This document shows, one piece after another, positions 56,101 to 64,000 of a stretch of DNA of 64,000 nucleotides (its first letter is position 1; every line of letters starts with the position of its first letter). The position numbers and the translations under genes are program-made. The DNA is from the human T2T-CHM13v2.0 reference genome, Homo sapiens: the NCBI RefSeq assembly GCF_009914755.1, contig NC_060927.1. One strand, given 5' to 3'. A model generated the notes under the pieces. The model ran no database searches and had not been told where the DNA came from. It saw only the letters and a list, made by a program, of their open reading frames with translations.

Positions 56101-57739
56101 TTAAATATTGTTAATTGAATTCCCATACAACTGTTACTCAGGTCAAGAAATAGAATATTGCATTATAATTTGGCTTTTGAAATGTAGTCATCAAAATTAT
56201 TATATAAAAATACAATTATATAAAAATACAAAAAAATTATATAAAAATATAATAGTTGTGTGTATTTCAAAACACAACTATTATAATGCTTGCTTTAATT
56301 TCTAAGCAATCTTTGAAATATTTCAGCTAATATATTCTTCGAAGAAAGAGCTTTCACAAGTCCTTGTTCTCTCTGTAGAAAACCTGAAAACTTGATTTAA
56401 ATAATTTAAAAACCGTCTTGCTTTGTCTATTAAAAACATCTAGGCACCCATCGTAGACAATGTTAGTATTACCAGGATAACCATTTATTGTAATATTGCA
56501 GGTCAAAATCAATGATGCCTCACATTAGTTTTTCATTGTGATGGGAAGTTATTAATGAGTAGCTGCTAAAGTGCCAACCTGATAATAAGTGGATCCCTCT
56601 TCCATCCAAAAAAATAGAAAAATTAAAGAAGAAAATGAAAAAGGAAACGAAAGAAATATATCTATTATGGAACCCAGAAAATTCTGGAATTGATGAGCTT
56701 GATGATTTGTCCTATGAATATGTACATGAGCAGATGAATACCATGTCTTGTCATTTGTTGTTCAATTAAAGGAGCACATCTGAGGTTCAAGTATCAAGGA
56801 AATATGCTTTGAATGGCAGTTGTTCATACTTTGTCATTTAACACTCAGCTGTCATTGGTGTCAGACTCATTTCACTACTCTCTATGCTAAGAAAATAGTT
56901 TCATCAATCCTTGCCCTTGCCTGTGTAATATTCAATATTTGAAATATAATACACCATCCTTGTCTTTCTACAGACGTTTCTGCATGTAAGTCCCCTTCCA
57001 TTTTTCATCAATGTTTTATTTAAATTAAACACAAGTAAGTCTTTCTCACCATCACCTACTGCTGGGTTGCTCTTTTGTTTATTGTTCAAAGTGGGCTTCT
57101 TTAACTTTTTCTTTTTATTCTTCTACTCATACTTCTAATGTCTGCCTTACCATTTCCATGTATCTTGTTCCTCCATTTTGATTTATTTCCTTTACTTTGT
57201 AAAGATCCAGATGATGGATATAATTTGATCCTTCATCTTTAACTGCTGATTATTTATTACATTGTTAAAATATTCAAAGAAGAATAGAAGGAATGAAGGA
57301 AAATAATTCAATGATAAATAAATGTGGCATTCTAGGGAAATATGGATGGGTAGACAATTGACACCAATTCTTCTTAACTGTCAACAATAAATACCTAATT
57401 TAGGCAAGCATCAACACAAGCTACCATGTCAATTAGAATTAAAAGTACACATTTTGATTTTAATAAGAAAAATAAATTTTTTGAGTGAATGAGGAGCTAA
57501 AAGTGGTGGTGAGAGAAAAGATTTATGGTTAAAGGGTGATAAACGTAAGATCTGTTACAGTTTTCACCTCTGAAAATTCTGTTCACCTCCAATTCATTTT
57601 GTTACTGCTGCTAAACAATCCTTATGGAAAGCAAAACCAATACTACTACTTCAGTGTAGTAAAGCTGCTTCCAAGTGGTTGGCTGATCTCCCTGGAAAGC
57701 AGGGTTATATGAGATTGTTGTGATGGGTGTTTATCAGTG

Positions 57740-58440
57740 AGTGTAGCAGGATTGTTCAGTAAACTAAAGTACATATTACTGAGCCCATGTGCCTCCGTCT
57801 CTGTGGTTTTTCCTCACTGGACAAGGGCGGGGTGGTTAGGAAAATGTTGGATTGATGTCCACAGAGTAAGTCATCTGGTTCACCTGCTTTTCTAGGTCTT
57901 CTACTGCTGAGGAAACTTTTTTCTTGACCATTGACCTAATACTGACCAAATATACTGGGCCACATAAAGTCACATTTTTTAACCCTTTTTGCAGCCTAAT
58001 CACATGTTACCTAATATTCAACAAATACATTGGGGTACTATATATTCACACTTTTAAAAGAAAATTTGCAGCCTAACCACATATTTTCCCGATAAATTTT
58101 AGATAATCGTCTTTCAAATTCCCTCATTATCCAGCCATGCAATTAACCAGTGTCCATGAATAAGTATAGATATAAATTTTCAGGTACAATGGACAAACAT
58201 CTACCCATGAGGTAACTTTCTCTTAAATATCATCCTTAAAGCCACCATGGTATAAGGTTAGAGCTGTCTTCTTTGGTGCTGTCACTATATCATGCAAAGC
58301 CATTTATAAGATGGGTTCAAATAATCTTCTTCCGTCATTTGATTGTAGTCAGTTCCCTTTGAAGCTGTAGGTTCAGGTAGAGAAGAAAAAGCCAGGTATA
58401 ACAGCAAGAAGAGGTATCATGGGCATTTGCACTACTTACT
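57740..58440 (-). mobile_element. Decayed ERVL-class pol fragment (RNase H to integrase N-terminus)
   Basis: Minus-strand translation YTYSWTLVNCMAG**GNLK...KICG aligns to the ERVL motif YTDSWAVANGLAGWSGTWK; SAVEDLEKQVNQMTYSVD aligns to SAEEDFNNQVDRMTRSVD. Confidence 0.75.
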
Positions 58441-58641
58441 GATTCACGGCCACATATTTACTCTCCTAGTCTCCAGTTACTAGCTAAAAGTTGTTTCTCA
58501 AAGGTAGAATAATTACCTGCAGAAAATGGCATAGCTTTGCTCCAAATTCCTAGATGTCTGTAGGGTACCTACAGCTAGAAGAGAAAGCATTAACCTGTAG
58601 GAGTCAATGTCAGCTCGATATGATGATTCAGTTCTTCCAGA

Positions 58642-59125
58642 TGTATTAGTTTTGTGCTGTCGACACAAACAATACAAATTGATTTATTATCTTATGGACT
58701 TATAAGGCAGAAGTCTGACATCGGTCTCACTTGGCTAAAGCATGATGCCAACAGGCTGCATTCCTTTCTGAATGCTTGAGAAGAAGAATCTGCTACCTTG
58801 ACTTTTTCAGATTCTGGAAACCACCATATTTGTTGGCTGGGGCCCCTTCTTCTATCTTCAAAGCCACCAATGGCTGGTTGAGTCCTTTCCATATAAGATT
58901 TTTAAAAAATACTTCTTCTTTTGTCAAATCTCTCTCTGAAGAAAAGAATCTATAATTTAAAGAGCTGATGTGATTAAACTGGGCCCACTTGGTGAATTCA
59001 TACCTTCCCATCTCAAGGTCTGTAATGTTAATCACATCTGCATATTGTCTAGGTAATGTCACATTCACAGGTTTTGGAGATGAGGATGTGAATGTTTTGG
59101 GGTAGTTATTATTTTGCCTACCTCA
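58642..59125 (-). mobile_element. MLT1D/E-type MaLR LTR
   Basis: tgtattagttt...cagaagtctgacatcggtctcacttggctaaa...gctgcattcctttctg...ttaatcacatctgca...attttgcctacctca. Confidence 0.88.
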
Positions 59126-60054
59126 AAAAAATATGCGTAAAGAAATGGCCAAGATACTTATCTAAAATTTTTATTATGAGTCATAATTTTATATTTTTGC
59201 AATTTGCTTTTATTTCTTCTCAGAAAATAGAGAAAGGCAGTTGTGAGGTCTTCCATAGTATAAATTTTTCTTTCTTAATTTATCCTTCCTCTTTATTTCT
59301 CTCAGAAAGATATAAAATAAAAATAGATATAAATTTTTGACACATGTCTATATCACCTCTTTTAAATAAAATGTAAAATAAAAAAGAAATTGGTGTCATT
59401 ATTCCCGAGGGCGTTTTAGACATGGATCAGGAAAAGAAAATGTTTGTTATATTGCCCCTTTCACTCAGAGTGCAAAGTTCTCAGCATGTGTAATGTAGTT
59501 CTGTTAAATCTCTCTGGCCATGGGTCTCACTGTAAATCAATTTTCTTGGCAAATTGAAATAATTTACTTAGCAGCTCTCAAAATCTTGCCCTTGATTTGA
59601 ATCAATGTATGCAGAAAACTCATAAACATATTTTTTCCGTGATGTCCATGAAAGTACATAGGTGTAACAGCCACTGGTGGGGCACACTCTACATACTGAT
59701 AAAAGAGAGGGGAAGCCAGGATGTTTCATAAATTTTTACTTTATAAATCTACTTGCAAAAGTTCCATGCATATGATTTTAGGTCTGTGTTGATAAGAACA
59801 GTATTTTAAAATGTTACACTTACAGATAATATTTGCTATTAAAATAATTGAACAGAGATGTCACATTCAGCTTTAACAACATTCACTATCTTGGCCCAGA
59901 AGAATCACACCTTAATTACTTACAGCAGCTACTCTCTCCCCTAATGTACATTTTCTCCAAAAACAATAGTAACAAGAAGAATTTACAATGTTCCTTTTCA
60001 ATATAACTTGCAGACCAAGAATATCCACACTTAAAATAACCATAATATATTAGC

Positions 60055-61050
60055 AAGGGTTTATGAATATTTATTTTACTCTTTGGATTATATTTTACTA
60101 ATTTTGTTATTTTGTTGTTCAAGTTATTCCAGGTTTGCCCATTGGTAACTCTTTCAGATTGACTCTTTTCTTTTGATATGCATTTTCCTTCTTTTCTTTC
60201 TCCTCCTTCTCCTCCTCCTCCTCCTCCCCATTCTTCTTCTCTTTCTTCTTCCTTTGCCCACTCCCTTACTTCCTGGCATTCACTAAGCTTATTTTCTATG
60301 TTTCACTCCTGGTTCAAAAATCAGACATTTCTCCAAGGAACCTTGGTTCTTTATTAGCGAGTGGTATTTGAAACTAGGATCTGATGTTTCAGCCTGCTCA
60401 TTGTTCTTAGATTGTCACTGACTCTAGGCTCTTTCAGCATACAGAGCTAGAAAATATATGAATCTATACTAACTCATTTACATACACACCTGTACTTATT
60501 TCTGTATCTAATTTATCTGTATATTTATGTGTGTATATACACACCATTTGCATATATATGTATAAAATTGCATGCTAGCCTTCCTTCTCTAACCATCTCT
60601 TATTGCTTATTTGTAACTTCTTTCTCTGGCAGTGAGAAATGTGAATCTCATTCCCTACAATACATTTACTTTTTTATTTAACTTTAAAATACATGTCATT
60701 TTAGAATTGCAAATCCATACCCTTGTAAGAAACACATTTTCCCAACTAGAGTACGGCGTATGTGTATAGTTCTTTTTGTCCTCAGTTCCATAATATTCAC
60801 TCAAAACACTGCCTTTCAGTTACTTAGCACATTTTTCTCTACCATTTTTAGTCACACATTTGCAATATAGTTAGCTTCATCTGTGACATCTGTCATGGTC
60901 TGCATTCTATCCTGGTGTCCCCTGATCCCTTGGTTGCCTTTTGTTTAATTTTCATACAAAAACCTTCAGTCTTTTGGATACACAGTTTTATGGGTTTTTG
61001 CAAATCCACAGTCATACATCTACCACCACAGTCCCAGCTCCATCACTCTA
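60055..61050 (-). mobile_element. L1MC/MD 3'UTR fragment with an internal CT-rich tract (60183-60255)
   Basis: ttgttgttcaagttattccaggtttgcccattgg...catttctccaaggaaccttggttc...cagagctagaaaatatatg. Confidence 0.75.
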
Positions 61051-61599
61051 AAAATTATCTTGGGCAAGAATATTTTCATATGATTATTCTCAACTTAAAG
61101 GGAGGCCGAGGAATGTTTTCTGAACAAATTCCTAGGGAATAGGGGATCTGGACAAGAATGCATGCTGTTGGCCCTACCTGAGATATTTACTTTCTTATAT
61201 AATTTTTGTGTTTTATTTATATCCTTCCCCTCTTCTCATCCTTTTCAGATAACTGCAGTAAAAATTCACTGAAACTGTATCTATACAATAGAGCTGTATT
61301 TTTGAACATTAAAAGCAAATATAAACAAACAAGTAAATAATTTGATAGACAATAAACAAAGATACACATATATAAATTCTGGTAAAAGTGAAATAACCTG
61401 GGAAGGAAAGAAAATTAGTCACTTAAATATCAGAAGAGATTAGGCTTTCAGATTTAATATCAATTTGACAAGTTCAAATAATGTGAGAGAGAAACAAAAA
61501 CAATTTGAATAAGAGAGCCAGATTTTCAGTTGAGGAATAATCCTACAGATATGTAGCATAAAGAATGGCAGGATGAAAAGGAACAGGAAAACAACTCTA

Positions 61600-62063
61600 C
61601 ATATGTATTCTGTGTAATCTTGCCACGCCTTCCCATTAAGGACAGGGTGTGCTGCCCTAACCATTGCAATTTGGGTGTGGCCCTTTGACTTACTCTGGAC
61701 AATTGAATGATATGGACTAGAACCTGTACCTTTGTGAAGGACAAGCCTCTAGAGTCCTTGCATTTGTTTTACTTCTCCTATGCATCTTCTATATCCTTGA
61801 AAGGAGCTTACCCTGTTTGGCTTCCACTCCCTCGGCCTGGCCACAGAATGACTACACGTGGAGCAGACACAAAGCCACATCTTAATGGGGAGCCAGACCG
61901 GCCAGATTCAGAATGAAGCACAGCAGCCCAGACATTTCAATTCAGCTGTTTCTAGACCAAAGCACAGGCTCATGGTCAATAAAAAAAATAGAAATAAATA
62001 CTGTTTTACACCAGCCCCTCGGTTACAGAAAGATTTGTTACAGAGTAATAGCTAGCTAATATA
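61600..62063 (+). mobile_element. Old MLT1 (H/I-like) LTR
   Basis: cttcccattaag...gtggccctttgacttactctggacaat...aataaatactgtttta...ttgttacagagtaatagctagctaatata. Confidence 0.65.
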
Positions 62064-62571
62064 ATCAATGCTTCAAACTTCCAGATCTTTGGAGGGCTGA
62101 AACTGTAAAGAATTATGCCAGATAAGCTACTTATTATTACTCTAGCCCATTTCATAGTTTGGAGAAGACCAAGCAAAACAATTCAATCTCTGGACATTTG
62201 GAAAGGCTTTATTACAATGAATTCAGCCAAAAAGAGAGTCATCGAAGTAGGCCTCTGTGACACTTTTGTCAGAGTTCTTTCAGTGACTGTGGATAACAGA
62301 GAAAAAAATAGATGAAGTTTTCTCCCAGGCTATCCTGCCTGTGCAGGCTGCATTCCCCAGTACATTGTCCAGAAATAAATCTTCCCTCCAGGTTTTCGCC
62401 ATTCTTGCTCACTGAGTAGTTCAGCACTCGGGACACACTTTGGATGGCTAAGTGTCCTTTCAATATCCATGGCTATGAGTTAATTTAATAGGTATTTCTA
62501 TATAACGTTGCCTTGGCCATATCTTTCATGGTATGACATTGTCCAGTGATAGGATTTAAAATGTATTTGTA

Positions 62572-62878
62572 GGTCAGGCATGGTGGTTCACACCTGTAAT
62601 CCCAATATTTGGGGTTATTGAGATGGGAGGAACAGTTAGGGCCAGGAGCTTGAAACCAGCCAGGACATAGAGATTCCATCTTTACAGAAAATAAAAACAA
62701 ATTAGCCAGATGTGGTGGCACACAGCTGTAGTCCTAACTACTTTGGAGGCTGAAGCAGGCAGATCCCTTGAACCCAGGAGGCTGCAGTGAGCTAATGATC
62801 ACACTGCACTCTAGCCTGAGTGACACAATGAGACCCTATATCCAAAAATAAAATAATAAAATAAAATAAAAATAAAAA
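62572..62878 (+). mobile_element. AluJ
   Basis: Diverged dimer with gaggctgcagtgagcta and gagaccct; TSD aaaatgtatttgta (62558-62571) / aaaatgcatttata (62875-62888). Confidence 0.93.
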
Positions 62879-63282
62879 TGCATTTATACAATACATTAGA
62901 CTGTAGCTTTGATGTAGGAATGGAAGAAATTGTGTCCCTTAATTTCCAATTGGGAGAAAATGCCTTGTACCAAGAAATACAATGCAATAAAACTGTCAAG
63001 GAATGTATGGAATAATTTATGTAATTTAAAGAACATATGTTTAACTTTTGCTGTTATAGAACAACATAGATACAGGAAACTTTCAAATATAGAACTTCAC
63101 ACTGTAAATAAGACCCAGATCTCTTTGGCATAACTCAATCAAAACTAACATTTCATTTATGGTATATTTGTTTGATATTGTTCTTTCCCCCCTACTCACT
63201 CTTGCTTGTTCATGTGAGCATCTCTTTATCACGTGGTACTAAAGTTTCTATTCTATTTTAGTTATCCCGTACATCTCATATA

Positions 63283-64000
63283 TAGTCATGTGCCAAAAAA
63301 TGACATTATGGTCAACAATGGCTTGCATATATAAAGGTGGCCTATATAATTGTAATGGAGCTGAAAATTTTCCTATTGCCTAGTATTACTAAAAACTACT
63401 TTATATCATTATTTTAGAGTGTACTCTTCCTCCTAATTAAAACAAAGTAACTGTTATAACAGCCCTAGGCAGGTCCTTCAGGAGATATTTCAGAAGAAGG
63501 CATTGTTATCATAGGAGGTGACAGCTTCAAGTGTGATATTGCTTCTGAAGACCTTCCAGAGGGACAAGAAGTGGAGGTGGAAGACAATGAAATTGATGAT
63601 ACTAACCCTGTGTAGGCCAAAGCTAATGTGTGTGTTGATTTTTAATAAGAAGTTTAAAAATAAACATTTAAAATTTTAAAACTAGATAAAATAACATAGA
63701 ATAAGAATATGAAGAAAGAAAATATTTTTGTATTGCTGACAATGTGTTTATGTTTTAAGCTAAGTGTTATATTAAAGGGTGAAAGAGTTAAAAAACTTAA
63801 AAAGTTTTAAAGCAAAACTGGTACAGTAAATTAAGCTTAAATTATTATTGAAGAAAAAATTTTAAATAAGAAAATTTTTAAATAAATTGATGGTACCCCA
63901 ATTGCATAATATTTATAAAGTCTACAGAGCTGTACGGTAATATCTGAGGCCTCTGCATTGACTCGCCACTCACTCACTGACTTCCCCAAAGCAACTTCTA
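63283..64000 (+). mobile_element. Tigger3 (Tigger3b/GOLEM) DNA transposon deletion derivative, continues beyond the window
   Basis: TA plus a degenerate TIR (tagtcatgtgcc...ggtcaac); caggtccttcaggagatatttcagaagaaggcattgttatcatagg; ccactcactcactgact. Confidence 0.9.

Overview
AT-rich, CpG-poor primate genomic DNA, probably human or great ape (it carries L1PA3/4 and AluY elements). It looks like a gene desert or a very large intron. I found no credible protein-coding gene, RNA gene or CRISPR array. The longer ORFs are L1 ORF2 remnants, Alu- or microsatellite-derived, or chance. Much of the window is interspersed repeat: L1PA/L1MA/L1MB/L1MC, L2, MIR, three Alus, MaLR/ERV1/ERVL LTRs, an ERVL pol remnant, Tigger3 and hAT MITEs. 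I see no evidence of a new gene system. The most unusual features are fossil insertion and repair products. (1) An L1PA3 insertion whose 5' junction holds a 26-nt twin-primed L1 fragment plus an inverted ~112-bp copy of its own flank, forming a ~244-bp hairpin. (2) Three separate 50-160 bp copies templated from sequence 1.5-4 kb away. (3) A three-level L1 nest with a target-site deletion and a textbook twin-primed inversion. (4) An inverted L1 pair sharing a non-consensus base. Repeat subfamily names come from my recall of consensus sequences and need RepeatMasker/Dfam confirmation.
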